Source: an uncultured Alphaproteobacteria bacterium
GTDB taxonomy: Bacteria > Pseudomonadota > Alphaproteobacteria > RF32 > CAG-239
Reading direction: 5' to 3'
Assembly: GCA_944390915.1 (NCBI GenBank)
Contig: CALXRS010000003.1
Span: 11,652-75,651 of the forward strand
Length of the DNA: 64,000 bases
In this document: positions 48,119-58,741 of the stretch, piece by piece
Layout: each line of letters begins with the position of its first letter
Numbering within the stretch: position 1 is the stretch's first letter
Notes under the pieces: generated by a model
Databases searched by the model: none
What the model was told of the DNA's origin: nothing
Seen by the model: the letters and a program-made list of their open reading frames with translations, nothing else
Made by a program: the position numbers and the translations under genes

Positions 48119-49906
48119 ATGTCGGAAAATAAAATAGTACCGACAGACTTTGCCGATATTCTTTCGCTTAACGGAAATTTGTGGCGGTTTGCGGCCTATG
48201 ACGAAAATACGGCAACCCTGCTTGCCGAAAAGTTTGATTTGCCGCCGGCCGCGGCGGTCATCCTTGCCGCGCGGGGGATCGGCGTTGACGAGGCGGAAGA
48301 TTTTTTGAACCCCGGTTTCGGAAAACTGATGCCCGATCCGTCGGTGCTGAAAGACATGGACAAGGCGGCGGCGCGGATTGCCGACGCCGTCGAAAACAGA
48401 GAACGGGTTGCCGTTATCGGCGACTACGATGTCGACGGCGCCACGTCTTCTTCTTTGCTGAAGCTGTTTTTGCAGGATGTCGGGCTCAATGTGCCTGCGC
48501 ATATTCCCGAACGCGAGGAAGGTTACGGCCCGAGTTTTGCCGCGGTGGACGAATTTTTGAAGAACGGCGCCGAATTGCTGGTCACCACCGACTGCGGCAC
48601 GACGGCATTTGAGGTGTTGGAATATGCGCAAAACAAGGGTATGGACGTTATTGTGCTCGACCATCACGAAGCGGAGGCAAAACTGCCGGCCGTTTATGCC
48701 GTGGTTAATCCCAAACGTCTGGACGAATGCGACAACTGTCCGTATCTGAAATATCTGGCGGCCGTCGGAGTGGTGTTTATGACCGTCGTCGCCGTCAACC
48801 GCGAACTGCGCCGCCGGGGGTTTTACAGTGCCTCCTGCCCCGAGCCGAATTTGAAAAACAGACTGGATCTGGTGGCGCTCGGCACCGTTTGCGACGTGGT
48901 GCCGCTGCTGGGGCTCAACCGCGCGTTTGTTCGTTTCGGGGTGAATATGATGGCTCAGCGAAAAAACCCCGGAATTTGCGCTCTAGCGGACAAAGCCGGA
49001 CTGACAGAGGCGCCCGGCGTTTATCAATTGGGGTATGTTCTGGGACCCCGAATTAATGCCGGCGGCAGAGTGGGCGAAGCGGCGACCGGATATCGGCTGC
49101 TGTGCGCCGAAAATAAAGCGCAGGCAGAACAGCTTGCCGAAAAACTGAATGTTTTTAACGAAAAGCGCAAGGAAATTGAAAATTATGTTTTGCTGCAGGC
49201 CATGGAACTTCTCGAAAGCGTGCCGCAATCGTATCCGATGGCTTTCGTTTACGGACGCGACTGGCATCAGGGGGTTATCGGCATTGTTGCCGGCAAGTTG
49301 AAAGAGCGTTATAATCTGCCGTCTTTCGTTATGTCGATTGAGGCCGACGAAGTCAAAGGTTCCGCCCGATCGGTTGCCGGGCTCAATATCGGCGCGCTGA
49401 TTATGGCGGCCAAAGAAAAAGGGTTGCTCACCAAAGGCGGCGGCCACAATATGGCGGCCGGTTTTTCCCTGAAGGAAGAAAATCTGGAGGCCTTTCGCCG
49501 ATTTGCCGGCGAATATGTCATGCATATGACGGGCAGCAAAGCGCCGGTTCCCGTTACGGAATTGGAGGCTGTGGTTTCCGTGGCCGCGCTTACTCCCGAG
49601 TTTGCCGACGCAATGGAGCGGCTTGCGCCTTTCGGTGCGGGCAATCCCGAGCCGAAACTGATGCTGGCCAATACTGCTTTGTTGCGGGCGGATATTGTCG
49701 GCAACGGCCATATTCGCTGCACTTTCGGTTCTTTTGCCGGCGACAGGGTGAAGGCCATGGCTTTTAATGCCGCCGATTCGGAAATGGGTAAGGCTCTTCT
49801 TGCCGGCCGCGGGCAGCTTTTTCATCTGGCGGGAAGCGTTCATACGGACAAATGGATGGGGAATAAACAGATTTGTTTTTTTGTTGACGACGCCATGCAC
49901 GCCTGA
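48119..49906 (+). CDS. recJ: single-stranded-DNA-specific exonuclease RecJ
   Basis: DHH motifs 'IGDYDVDGATSS', 'VVTTDCGT', 'VIVLDHHE' and a DHHA1 'GGGHNMAAG'. Confidence 0.95.
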   Translation: MSENKIVPTDFADILSLNGNLWRFAAYDENTATLLAEKFDLPPAAAVILAARGIGVDEAEDFLNPGFGKLMPDPSVLKDMDKAAARIADAVENRERVAVIGDYDVDGATSSSLLKLFLQDVGLNVPAHIPEREEGYGPSFAAVDEFLKNGAELLVTTDCGTTAFEVLEYAQNKGMDVIVLDHHEAEAKLPAVYAVVNPKRLDECDNCPYLKYLAAVGVVFMTVVAVNRELRRRGFYSASCPEPNLKNRLDLVALGTVCDVVPLLGLNRAFVRFGVNMMAQRKNPGICALADKAGLTEAPGVYQLGYVLGPRINAGGRVGEAATGYRLLCAENKAQAEQLAEKLNVFNEKRKEIENYVLLQAMELLESVPQSYPMAFVYGRDWHQGVIGIVAGKLKERYNLPSFVMSIEADEVKGSARSVAGLNIGALIMAAKEKGLLTKGGGHNMAAGFSLKEENLEAFRRFAGEYVMHMTGSKAPVPVTELEAVVSVAALTPEFADAMERLAPFGAGNPEPKLMLANTALLRADIVGNGHIRCTFGSFAGDRVKAMAFNAADSEMGKALLAGRGQLFHLAGSVHTDKWMGNKQICFFVDDAMHA

Positions 49907-50062
49907 TGTCGGATGTAATTTTTTATGCTTGATTTTTCAAATAAAATGTATTAGATTGCCCTCACTTCCGGAAAAGAGGGCGTTTTTCGCCACATCCGCA
50001 ACTGATGTTCGGAAATACCGGGACAATAATGAAAATATGAAACCCAAAACAAGGAAAAATTT

Positions 50063-50674
50063 ATGAAAAGTATTGTAAAAGCCAAGAAAAAAACAAACCG
50101 CAGCTTGCACGCCAATCTGTGGGGCGACCCGAAAAGCCCGTTCCTGAAACGTGAATACGGCCCCGGCCAACACGGCGCCCGTAAAAAGAAACTGTCGGAC
50201 TACGGCGAACAGTTGCAGGCCAAACAGCGTCTGAAAACTTATTATGGCAATGTGTCGGAAAAGCAATTTCACAAGTATTATGCCGAAGCCATCAGAAGAC
50301 GCGGCGACGCGGCCGAAAACCTTATCGGTATTCTCGAATCGCGTCTGGATAACCTGGTTTTCAAAGCCAAGTTCGTGCCGAGCATTTTTGCCGCCCGCCA
50401 GTTTGTTAACCACGGTCATGTTCTGGTTAACGGCAAGCGCGTCAACATTCCGTCCTATATGGTCAAGGCCGGCGATATCCTTTCGATAAAAGAAAATTCC
50501 CGGCAGATACCGATGGTGGTGGCTGCTCTCGAGTCCAATCTGCACGAGCTTCCCGCCTATCTGGAAGCCGATTCCAAATTCAGCGTCAAATATGCCTTTG
50601 TACCCAAATTTGACGATGTTCCCTATGCTTCGCTTATGGAACCGAACTTGGTTATCGAATTTTATTCGCGGTGA
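50063..50674 (+). CDS. rpsD: 30S ribosomal protein S4
   Basis: '[33 protein letters not shown]' and an S4 RNA-binding domain '[39 protein letters not shown]'. Confidence 0.97.
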   Translation: MKSIVKAKKKTNRSLHANLWGDPKSPFLKREYGPGQHGARKKKLSDYGEQLQAKQRLKTYYGNVSEKQFHKYYAEAIRRRGDAAENLIGILESRLDNLVFKAKFVPSIFAARQFVNHGHVLVNGKRVNIPSYMVKAGDILSIKENSRQIPMVVAALESNLHELPAYLEADSKFSVKYAFVPKFDDVPYASLMEPNLVIEFYSR

Positions 50675-50697
50675 TCTCTTTTTTGCAGACAAAAAAA

Positions 50698-50725
50698 CCG
50701 GAGATTGTGCAATCTCCGGTTTTTT
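50698..50725 (+). terminator. intrinsic terminator of rpsD (ccggagatt-gtgc-aatctccgg + T6)
   Basis: Read directly. Confidence 0.8.
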
Positions 50726-50790
50726 GCTTTAAATATGCGAACGAGTGTGCTTATATAGCATTATGTCATAATAAATAAAGGAACAAAACC

Positions 50791-52950
50791 ATGGACGACG
50801 TAGTTGCGGAAAAAAAGGCCGTTCAGATGCAGCCGATCACCACCCCTCTTACCAGAACTCCGAAAAATAAAAAGAAGAAAAAAAACAACCGCGCATTATG
50901 GAATTATCTTTTTAATCTGGCGGCTTGCTGTCTGATTACCTTTTCCCTGCTCGGAATAGATTTTGTTTTGTTTGCCGCTTCGGGGCCGGTGAATGTCTTT
51001 GTCGGCAGCGGCCTGCGTTCGGAAGTGTTTTATATGCTTGCGGGTATGGGGGCGGCAATCGTCCTTGTTTATTTTATTTTTTCCTTTTTAAGTATCATCA
51101 TTTATCTGCTCACGGCCTTAACCACCGGACTGTTTACCTATTCAATGGTGCACCAGTTTGCCAATTTTAATGCCGGAACGGGAGGCGGTTCGGAAACGTT
51201 CGGCGCCGTTGTGGCCGGCGTGGTAGTCTTTTGTATTCTGATGTTTACGCCCAAAAGATTTAAGGCGCTGCTCGTAATGGTGGCCGTGTTTTGTTTCGGC
51301 GCCGTGCTTGCCAACCAAAACCGTCCGGCAAGCGAATTTTTAATCGAACCCGATATGCCGGCCGCCCTTGCCGCCGCGGAGGAAGAAGGAGAAAAAACGG
51401 TTACCCTGATGATTGCCAATGCGCCGTCATATAGTTATCTGGCAAGCCTTGAAAAAACAGATGCCGCCGAAATGTATAAAAATCGGTTGATGGAGATTAT
51501 GCTGGGCTTTTATGCCAAAAACGGCTTCAGGCTTTATCCCAATGCCTATGTCACCCATAACAATCACTTCGTCAATGCCGCCCGCAACCTGAATTACGCC
51601 GCCGGCGAAGAAGTGTCTTTCCTGCAAACGCAGGTCTTAAAAGAAGGATATTGGCAATTCAGAAATCGCGAAGAATTTGAGGCCTATTTGAAAGACAACG
51701 CCGTTTATGACGATTTGAAAGAAAAAGGCTATAAAATAAGCGCCTACCAGTCTCACGGCATCAATTTGTGCGACCAAAACAATGCCGCCGCCGTCAATCG
51801 CTGCGTCACCAAAGTAAACTTTCCTCTCAACCTTGACGGAGTGAACCTGCCGACCGGCGACAAAATGCAGGTGCTGTTGTTTCAGTGGCTGGAAAGCACC
51901 GGCCTGTTTTCCGGCGAAGGCATGATGAAAACGGTATACGGTTGGCTCAAACCTTTCTTTAACCCCTCTCGGGCGCCGCTTGTCGGCATCAGTTACAAAA
52001 AACTCTATGTTGTCAATTCTTTTGCCAATATAGACATGCTGATAAGCGATATGGCCGAAGACAAAGGGCGTCATGCTTATTTTGTTTATCTCGACCTGCC
52101 GGCAGACATGTACGTATATGACGACATGTGCCGGTTGCTGCCCGTTTCCCAATGGCTGCCGAAATATAACCAGCCGTGGGTGGACAAACAAAGTCTGCTT
52201 GAAAAACGCAATGCCTACTTAAAACAGACCATGTGTCTTTTCGGCCAACTGGAAAAATTGATGCAGGCTATTCGCAAGATGCCTCAGGGAGACAAGGTTT
52301 CCGTTATTATTGAAGGCCTGAGCGGCATGGACGACCTTGTCGGCTCCGATAACGAAAATCTCTCGGAACGCTTCCGCAACGCCCAGATGGTCACTTTGGC
52401 CATTCGCCTGCCGGCCAGCAACCGCTTTGTTATCAACCAGTCCATTTGTCCGGTTGAGGAAATTCTGGCCAATCAATTTGCCGGCGGACCGAAATGTACG
52501 GAATTCGGGCGGACGACGCTTTCAAAAAGCACCAAAAAAGCAATTAAGGAAGATGTTTCTTCCGTTCGCTTCACCGGCGCTATAGCGCAAAAGTCGCTGC
52601 AGGAGTTCAACAGTTGGTACAAACAGTGGAGCAAGGTGAATTATCAGGCGCCAAAATCTCTGCCTCTTACAAAAACCAATCCGCTGTTGCCCCCGGCCGC
52701 GCAACCTGTCGGCAACACGCCCCCGGCGCCGCAGCCGGCAGAGCTGATGCCGCCGACTACTCCGGAAACGACGGCTCAAGCCGACGCACAACCCGTTGGC
52801 GTCCCCATGGCGGCCGATCCGTCGCTGCCGCCGTTGGAAGAAAAAAATCTTGCCGCGCCCAAAATAATGGATAAGGAAGTGGCCGTCGGAGCGGAAGCCG
52901 CCGTAGCGCCTCTGTCGACCGTAAGCGGAGAAGCCGTTGCCGCAGAATAA
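50791..52950 (+). CDS. large inner-membrane protein: Lys-rich N-tail, about 5 TM, large periplasmic domain, Pro-rich C-terminal tail; function unknown
   Basis: TM block 50.9–51.3 kb. The C-terminal 'PLLPPAAQPVGNTPPAPQPAELMPPTTPE' is Pro-rich. The post-TM segment 'TVTLMIANAPSYSYLAS' faintly recalls the EptA 'VVVIGESARDANFSFSGY' block. Immediately upstream of yejEF. Confidence 0.55.
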   Translation: MDDVVAEKKAVQMQPITTPLTRTPKNKKKKKNNRALWNYLFNLAACCLITFSLLGIDFVLFAASGPVNVFVGSGLRSEVFYMLAGMGAAIVLVYFIFSFLSIIIYLLTALTTGLFTYSMVHQFANFNAGTGGGSETFGAVVAGVVVFCILMFTPKRFKALLVMVAVFCFGAVLANQNRPASEFLIEPDMPAALAAAEEEGEKTVTLMIANAPSYSYLASLEKTDAAEMYKNRLMEIMLGFYAKNGFRLYPNAYVTHNNHFVNAARNLNYAAGEEVSFLQTQVLKEGYWQFRNREEFEAYLKDNAVYDDLKEKGYKISAYQSHGINLCDQNNAAAVNRCVTKVNFPLNLDGVNLPTGDKMQVLLFQWLESTGLFSGEGMMKTVYGWLKPFFNPSRAPLVGISYKKLYVVNSFANIDMLISDMAEDKGRHAYFVYLDLPADMYVYDDMCRLLPVSQWLPKYNQPWVDKQSLLEKRNAYLKQTMCLFGQLEKLMQAIRKMPQGDKVSVIIEGLSGMDDLVGSDNENLSERFRNAQMVTLAIRLPASNRFVINQSICPVEEILANQFAGGPKCTEFGRTTLSKSTKKAIKEDVSSVRFTGAIAQKSLQEFNSWYKQWSKVNYQAPKSLPLTKTNPLLPPAAQPVGNTPPAPQPAELMPPTTPETTAQADAQPVGVPMAADPSLPPLEEKNLAAPKIMDKEVAVGAEAAVAPLSTVSGEAVAAE

Positions 52951-53977
52951 GCAGACAACGGCTGCGGGCGCGGCGGCCAAAATACGCATTTTTCGCAAGA
53001 ACCGGCGCGCCTGGTTTTCCCTGTGGATTTTGGCGGGACTGCTGATGCTGAGCCTGTTGGCCGAATTTTTGGCCAACGACCGGCCGCTCCTGGTAAAATA
53101 TAAAGGCGAATGGTATTTTCCGCTGTTTAACACCTATCTTGACCGCGATTTCGGCGGCGATTTTCCGACGCCTGCCGATTATGCCGATCCCTATATCCGC
53201 AAAAACATAGAACAAAACGGCTGGATGCTGATGCCGATAATTCCGTATTCTTTCAACACCGTGGATATGGAAATGGATCAGCCCACCCCCGCCGCGCCGT
53301 CTGCCCGCCACTGGCTCGGTACCGACGACGAGGGCAGGGACATTGTCGCCCGTATCATTTACGGTTTGCGCCTGTCGCTGGTGTTTGCCTTTTTGCTCAC
53401 GCTCATTTCGTCTGCCATCGGCATATTTGCCGGCGCCGTACAGGGATATTTCGGCGGACGGACGGATATTTTCATGCAGCGGTTTATAGAAATTTGGGAA
53501 TCTCTGCCGCAACTGTTTATCCTGATTATCGTTTCCAGCATGTTTATGCCGACTTTTGCCAGCCTGCTGATTATCCTGCTGTTTTTTTCCTGGCCGGCGC
53601 TGACGGGCATGGTTCGGGCAGAGTTCATGCGTATCCGCAATTTTGAGTTTGTCAAGGCCGCGCGGGTGCTGGGCGTGAGCAACCGGCGGATTATCTGTCG
53701 CCATATTTTGCCGAATGCTCTGGTTTCCGCCGTTACGTTCATTCCTTTTATTATGTCCGAGGCAATCGTTTCGCTGACAGCGCTTGATTTTTTGGGGCTG
53801 GGGCTGTCGCATGAATATCCCTCTCTCGGTGACCTTGTGCGCCAGGGCAAAGACAACCTGCAGGCGCCGTGGATAGGCATTTCCATCTTTGTCGTGCTGT
53901 CGGTATTGTTGACCGCGCTGATATTTGTGGGCGAGGGCGTGCGTGATATGCTTGATACAAGGAAAAACCGCCGATGA
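52937..53977 (+). CDS. yejE: ABC transporter permease, YejE/OppC-like
   Basis: Long N-terminal periplasmic loop and an ABC TMD 'EAA' region 'VLGVSNRRIICRHILPNAL'. Confidence 0.75.
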   Translation: MPQNKQTTAAGAAAKIRIFRKNRRAWFSLWILAGLLMLSLLAEFLANDRPLLVKYKGEWYFPLFNTYLDRDFGGDFPTPADYADPYIRKNIEQNGWMLMPIIPYSFNTVDMEMDQPTPAAPSARHWLGTDDEGRDIVARIIYGLRLSLVFAFLLTLISSAIGIFAGAVQGYFGGRTDIFMQRFIEIWESLPQLFILIIVSSMFMPTFASLLIILLFFSWPALTGMVRAEFMRIRNFEFVKAARVLGVSNRRIICRHILPNALVSAVTFIPFIMSEAIVSLTALDFLGLGLSHEYPSLGDLVRQGKDNLQAPWIGISIFVVLSVLLTALIFVGEGVRDMLDTRKNRR

Positions 53978-55560
53978 GTTTGCTGGACGTTAAACATTTG
54001 AGTATCTGCTTCAACAGCGCGAACGGCGGCAAAAACACGGTTGTCGAAGACGTTTCCTTTTCGCTTGCCAAAGGGGAGGTTTTGGGCATTGTGGGGGAAT
54101 CCGGCTCCGGCAAATCGGTTACCGCCCTGTCGCTGCTCGGCCTGTTGCCATTTCCGAAAGCGGAACTTGGCAGCCAAAGCTCCGTTTTGTTCGAGGGCAA
54201 AGAGCTGGCCGGTCTGAACGAAAAGGAATTTTGCCAAATCCGCGGCAACCGCATTGCCTATATTTTCCAGGAACCGATGTCGTCCTTAAACCCGCTGCAC
54301 AAAATAGAAAAACAGATTGCGGAAACGCTGGTTCTGCATCGCGGGTTTACGGAAAAAACGGCCCAAAAAGAAGTTTTGCGGCTGCTAAAATTAACCGGCA
54401 TCAAAAATGCCGCCAAACGCATGCGGGCATATCCGTTCGAGCTTTCCGGCGGCCAGCGGCAGCGGGTGATGATAGCCATGGCCATTGCCAACAATCCGGA
54501 CATTCTGATAGCCGACGAGCCGACGACCGCGCTTGACGTAACGGTTCAGGAGCAGATTATCAACCTGTTGACGGACTTGAAGAAAAAGTTGAACATGGCT
54601 ATTGTTTTCATCAGTCACGATCTGACGCTCGTACGCAAAATCGCCGACCGGGTTCTGGTCATGAAAAACGGCCGGATTGTGGAAGAGGGCGGCATAAAAC
54701 AGGTTTTTGAGCGCCCTAAGCATCCTTATACCAAAGAATTAATAAATGCTCATATGCTGTTGAAAAACGGCGTCAATGCCGGCGCGCCGCTGTTGCGGGC
54801 GGAAAATTTGCGAGTAACGTTTCCGCTAAAGAAAAACTTTTTCGGCAAAACGACCGAAGAGCTGGCGGCCGTAGATAATGTTTCCTTTTCCGTGCCGGAA
54901 GGAGGAACTCTGGGGATTGTGGGGGAATCCGGCTCCGGCAAAACGACCGTCGGCATGGCGATTGTCGGCCTCGTGTCCTACAAAGGCAATATATTTTTCG
55001 GGGAGTCCGATCTGCATCGGCTGGACAAAGAAAGCCGTCGCAAACTGTGCAAAGACATTCAGATCGTTTTTCAGGATCCGTACAATTCACTCAACCCGCG
55101 GATGAATGTGGAAGAAATCGTGGGCGAGGGGTTGCTTGTCCATTATCCGCGGCTGAGCCCCGCCGAGCGGCGGCAAAAGATCCTGCGGGTTCTTTCGGAA
55201 ACCGGTCTTGGCGAAAATGACCTTGCCAAATATCCGCACGAATTTTCCGGCGGTCAGCGGCAGCGGATAGCCATTGCCCGCTCGTTGGTTCTGGAACCGA
55301 AGCTGCTTATTTTAGACGAGCCGACTTCTGCGCTCGATGTGACCATTCAGGCGCAAATCATCAAATTGCTGCAGGAAATTCAAACAAATCGCGGACTGAG
55401 TTATATTTTTATTTCACACGACATGAACGCGGTTCGCGCAATGTCGGACAACATTATGGTCATGAAAGACGGCAAAGCGGTAGAGTTTGGAACGGTGGAT
55501 GAAATTTTCAACCATCCGCAAAACCCCTATACGCAAAAGCTGATATGCGCTGCAATCTAA
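53974..55560 (+). CDS. yejF: ABC transporter ATP-binding protein with duplicated ABC domains, YejF-like
   Basis: Two Walker A motifs 'GIVGESGSGKS', two signature motifs 'LSGGQRQR', and two Walker B motifs 'ILIADEPTTALD'/'LILDEPTSALD'. Confidence 0.85.
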   Translation: MSLLDVKHLSICFNSANGGKNTVVEDVSFSLAKGEVLGIVGESGSGKSVTALSLLGLLPFPKAELGSQSSVLFEGKELAGLNEKEFCQIRGNRIAYIFQEPMSSLNPLHKIEKQIAETLVLHRGFTEKTAQKEVLRLLKLTGIKNAAKRMRAYPFELSGGQRQRVMIAMAIANNPDILIADEPTTALDVTVQEQIINLLTDLKKKLNMAIVFISHDLTLVRKIADRVLVMKNGRIVEEGGIKQVFERPKHPYTKELINAHMLLKNGVNAGAPLLRAENLRVTFPLKKNFFGKTTEELAAVDNVSFSVPEGGTLGIVGESGSGKTTVGMAIVGLVSYKGNIFFGESDLHRLDKESRRKLCKDIQIVFQDPYNSLNPRMNVEEIVGEGLLVHYPRLSPAERRQKILRVLSETGLGENDLAKYPHEFSGGQRQRIAIARSLVLEPKLLILDEPTSALDVTIQAQIIKLLQEIQTNRGLSYIFISHDMNAVRAMSDNIMVMKDGKAVEFGTVDEIFNHPQNPYTQKLICAAI

Positions 55561-56503
55561 GTCGAAGGATCGAAAACAAGACAAACATTACAAGAGGTTA
55601 CGAATATAAACAAAAGCATTTTTTTAGCTTTCAAGAAAAATTTTTATTGTCAAAAAACGGTGAAGAAAATAACTGATAAGCGGCGAAGCTTACAGATAGG
55701 AAAATTGAGGATAATGTCTGCAAAGATTTATCTGCTTATGATTTGAAAACAGATAAAAAATATCGCCAAAAACTCTCAGAAAAGCTTCACGACAGGCACA
55801 AATACAACAGTTGCAACAGTCTGATATAATTAAATTAACCGAAGTTAAGCAAACGGCCGGATAATGTTTTGCAGTTGATTGAGCCGAAAAAATCTTACAA
55901 ATGTGTTCTTAACCGGATTTGATCTGAATGCAGCTGCAAGCTCCAATCTTATTAGATATCAATAGAATATAAAAACAGACAAGATAAAACAAATTTATTT
56001 GAAACAGTCCATAAATTTCATATTTCATTTATAAACTCACCATAAACTATACATAATATACATTATGCGACAAAAGTATCTGATATTAAGATGTGCGTGC
56101 ACTCTATTGATATTTAGATTCTTTTTTGTTCTCATTGTCCGAATGTATGTCAAAAACAACTTCTTTTTCAATCTCAATTTATATTTTTCCCTCGTCCGTC
56201 ATAATATTCCTCTTCGACCATAAAAAGCCTTTCAGGCGCTGCCGGAACGCAAACATTATATGGCATTTTCGGGCTCGAAATCCTGTGCAACAATCTCCCC
56301 CGTTTCGGATTTCACAACCGGCCGCCGAACGTGCCGCTGCCGGCTTTTTATGCGATGCAAATGACTTAATCATCTGAAATATTGTTGTTTATTAAACGCG
56401 TTGAGTTTTGAAAACCCGCGCCATACATCCGCAGAGTTGTTCAAACACAAAAAAAGAGCCCGGAGAGCTCGGACTCTTAAAGAAAAACATTTGTAATATG
56501 TTT
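55561..56503. other. 0.94 kb AT-rich non-coding island between convergent yejF and parC (no credible ORF)
   Basis: The GC drop is visible by eye (long A/T runs, estimated about 30–35% GC against about 55% in flanks). The longest ORFs are 64–83 aa, of low complexity and without an RBS. Confidence 0.6.
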
Positions 56504-58735
56504 TTATTCGTTGTTTTGTGTGAAAAATTTGTTGTTTTTCGGAAAACCGAACGGCACCTGCTTGCCGACCTGCGCGCGATGACCAAGCCAGGTAATCAGA
56601 TCCTTTTCCGTGCTCACGCCGCCGCTGCGGTTAAAGCTGAAACCGTCCGCTTCGTTAAAGAACTGAATATCCGACAGGCTGCCCTCTTTATATTTTTGCA
56701 AGCCGACTCCCCTTCCCCTTGCCAGCGTCGGAATTTCCTCCGCCTTAAAGACAAGCAGTTTGCGGTTGTCGCCGACAACGGCCACCATATCGCCGGTCAC
56801 TTTGAGGCAGAAAACGGCTTTGTCGCCGTCGGCCACGTTCATAATTTTGCGCCCGTTGCGGGTTTGCGCAATAATATGGTTTTCATCCACAATAAAACCA
56901 TAGCCCTTCTGTGAGGCCACAAGATACGCGGCTTTGGGCTCAAAAACAAACATCGCCGTCACTTCGTCGCTGTTGGCAATGTCCACCATCAGCCGCAAAG
57001 GCTGCCCAAACCCGCGGCCGCTCGGGATTTCGTTGGCCGGAATGTTAAAGAACTTGCCCGAACTGTCCATAATCACCAGTTTGTCGGTTGTCTGGGCATG
57101 TAGCGCAATCTGCAGGGCGTCGTCGTCTTTGAACTTAAATTCATCATTTAGGGAAACGTGCCCTTTCAGGGAGCGTATCCAGCCCTTTTGCGACAAAATC
57201 ACCGTCACCGGTTCTTTTTCTATCAGCGCCTCCCGCGGCACGTCGATTGTTTCCGCCACTTCGGAGAACTCTGTCCGCCGGCGACCCAAGGCTGTCTTTT
57301 TGCCGAATTTTTCTTTTGTCTGGCGGATTTCCGCAGCCACGGCCTGCCAGCGTTTGTCTTCGCTTGCCAACAGATCTTCGAGCTTTTGCTTTTCTTCCGT
57401 CAGTTCGTCGTATTCCTCGCGGATTTGGCTTTCTTCGAGTTTGCGCAGCGAACGCAGCTTCATGTTCAGGATGGCTTCCGCCTGATTGTCGGTCAGCTCA
57501 AACTCCGCCATCATCACGGATTTCGGGTCGTTTTCTTCGCGGATAATGGCAATAATGCGGTCAAGGTTAAGGTAGGCCACCAGATAACCGCTCAAAATCT
57601 CCAGCCGATAATCAATTTTTTCCAGTCGATATTTTGTCCGTCTTATCAACACGTTGTGCCGATGATCCAGAAACGCCCGCAACACTTCCTTAATGGACAT
57701 CACCCGCGGCACGCCGTCGGCGTCAAGCACGTTCATATTCAGGTTGAAGCGGCTTTCAAGCTCCGTTTGCCTAAACAAATGCTCCATCAGCAGATTGGCG
57801 TCCACAAGCCGGCTTTTGGGTTCCAGCACAATTCGGATATCGTGTGCGGATTCATCGCGAATATCGTTTAAGAGCGGAATTTTTTTCTCCAGCAGCAACG
57901 CGGCTATTTTTTCCACCAGCTTGGCTTTCGGCACCATATAGGGAATTTCCGTCACCACGATCTGATATTGCCCGTGCCCCAGGTCTTCTTTTTCCCACTT
58001 GGCGCGGATGCGAAACACCCCTTTCCCCTGGCGATAGGTTTCAAGGATGTTGGAAAACTTGTCAATAATATACCCGCCGGTCGGAAAATCCGGCCCTTTG
58101 ATACGCTTAACCAGCGGTTCGATATCGCATTCGGGATTTTCTATCAAATAAAGAAGCGCGTCGCAAACCTCGCTCAGGTTATGCGGCGGAATATTGGTCG
58201 CCATACCCACGGCAATGCCTGCCGAACCGTTGCACAGGAGGTTTGGCACCATGGCGGGCATAACCGTCGGCTCGCTTTCTTCGCCGTCGTAAGTGTCCAT
58301 AAAATCGACGGCGTTGTCGTTTAAGCCTTCCATCATCGCCATGGCAAATTCGGTCAGCCTCGCTTCGGTATAACGCATGGCCGCCGGCCCGTCTCCATCT
58401 ATGTTGCCGAAGTTTCCCTGCCCGTCGACCAGCGGATAGCGCACGGAAAAATCCTGTGCCAGCCGCGCCATGGCGCCGTAGACGGCACTGTCGCCGTGCG
58501 GGTGATATTTACCGATAACATCGCCGACCACACGGGCGCATTTCTTAAAACCCGATTTCGGATCCAGATGCAGCTGACGCATGGCATAAAGCAGCCGTCT
58601 GTGCACCGGTTTCAAACCGTCGCGGACGTCCGGAAGCGAGCGGGAAACAATGGTGGACATGGCATAAGACAAATAGCGTTTGCCAAGCTCTTCGGCCAAC
58701 TGCACGTTTTTGATTTTTTCTTCGTTTTCCTGCAT
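56504..58735 (-). CDS. parC: DNA topoisomerase IV subunit A
   Basis: GyrA/ParC N-terminus '[23 protein letters not shown]…[10 protein letters not shown]'. 743 aa with a shorter CTD that lacks the GyrA box and acidic tail. This distinguishes it from gyrA at 20100. Confidence 0.9.
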   Translation of the reverse strand: MQENEEKIKNVQLAEELGKRYLSYAMSTIVSRSLPDVRDGLKPVHRRLLYAMRQLHLDPKSGFKKCARVVGDVIGKYHPHGDSAVYGAMARLAQDFSVRYPLVDGQGNFGNIDGDGPAAMRYTEARLTEFAMAMMEGLNDNAVDFMDTYDGEESEPTVMPAMVPNLLCNGSAGIAVGMATNIPPHNLSEVCDALLYLIENPECDIEPLVKRIKGPDFPTGGYIIDKFSNILETYRQGKGVFRIRAKWEKEDLGHGQYQIVVTEIPYMVPKAKLVEKIAALLLEKKIPLLNDIRDESAHDIRIVLEPKSRLVDANLLMEHLFRQTELESRFNLNMNVLDADGVPRVMSIKEVLRAFLDHRHNVLIRRTKYRLEKIDYRLEILSGYLVAYLNLDRIIAIIREENDPKSVMMAEFELTDNQAEAILNMKLRSLRKLEESQIREEYDELTEEKQKLEDLLASEDKRWQAVAAEIRQTKEKFGKKTALGRRRTEFSEVAETIDVPREALIEKEPVTVILSQKGWIRSLKGHVSLNDEFKFKDDDALQIALHAQTTDKLVIMDSSGKFFNIPANEIPSGRGFGQPLRLMVDIANSDEVTAMFVFEPKAAYLVASQKGYGFIVDENHIIAQTRNGRKIMNVADGDKAVFCLKVTGDMVAVVGDNRKLLVFKAEEIPTLARGRGVGLQKYKEGSLSDIQFFNEADGFSFNRSGGVSTEKDLITWLGHRAQVGKQVPFGFPKNNKFFTQNNE

Positions 58736-58741
58736 ATTTCT

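Noticed and set aside
56126-56377. 83-aa ORF 'MFSLSECMSKTTSFSISIYIF…' and antisense 64-aa ORF in the AT-rich island
   Set aside because: No RBS, low-complexity Ser/Ile/Phe-rich translation, and it sits where convergent transcripts meet. It is more likely non-coding or a decayed remnant. The island is kept as a finding instead.
56408-56914. 168-aa + strand ORF bridging the AT island into parC
   Set aside because: Most of it is antisense to the parC 3' end. The rest is in the AT-rich spacer without translation signals.
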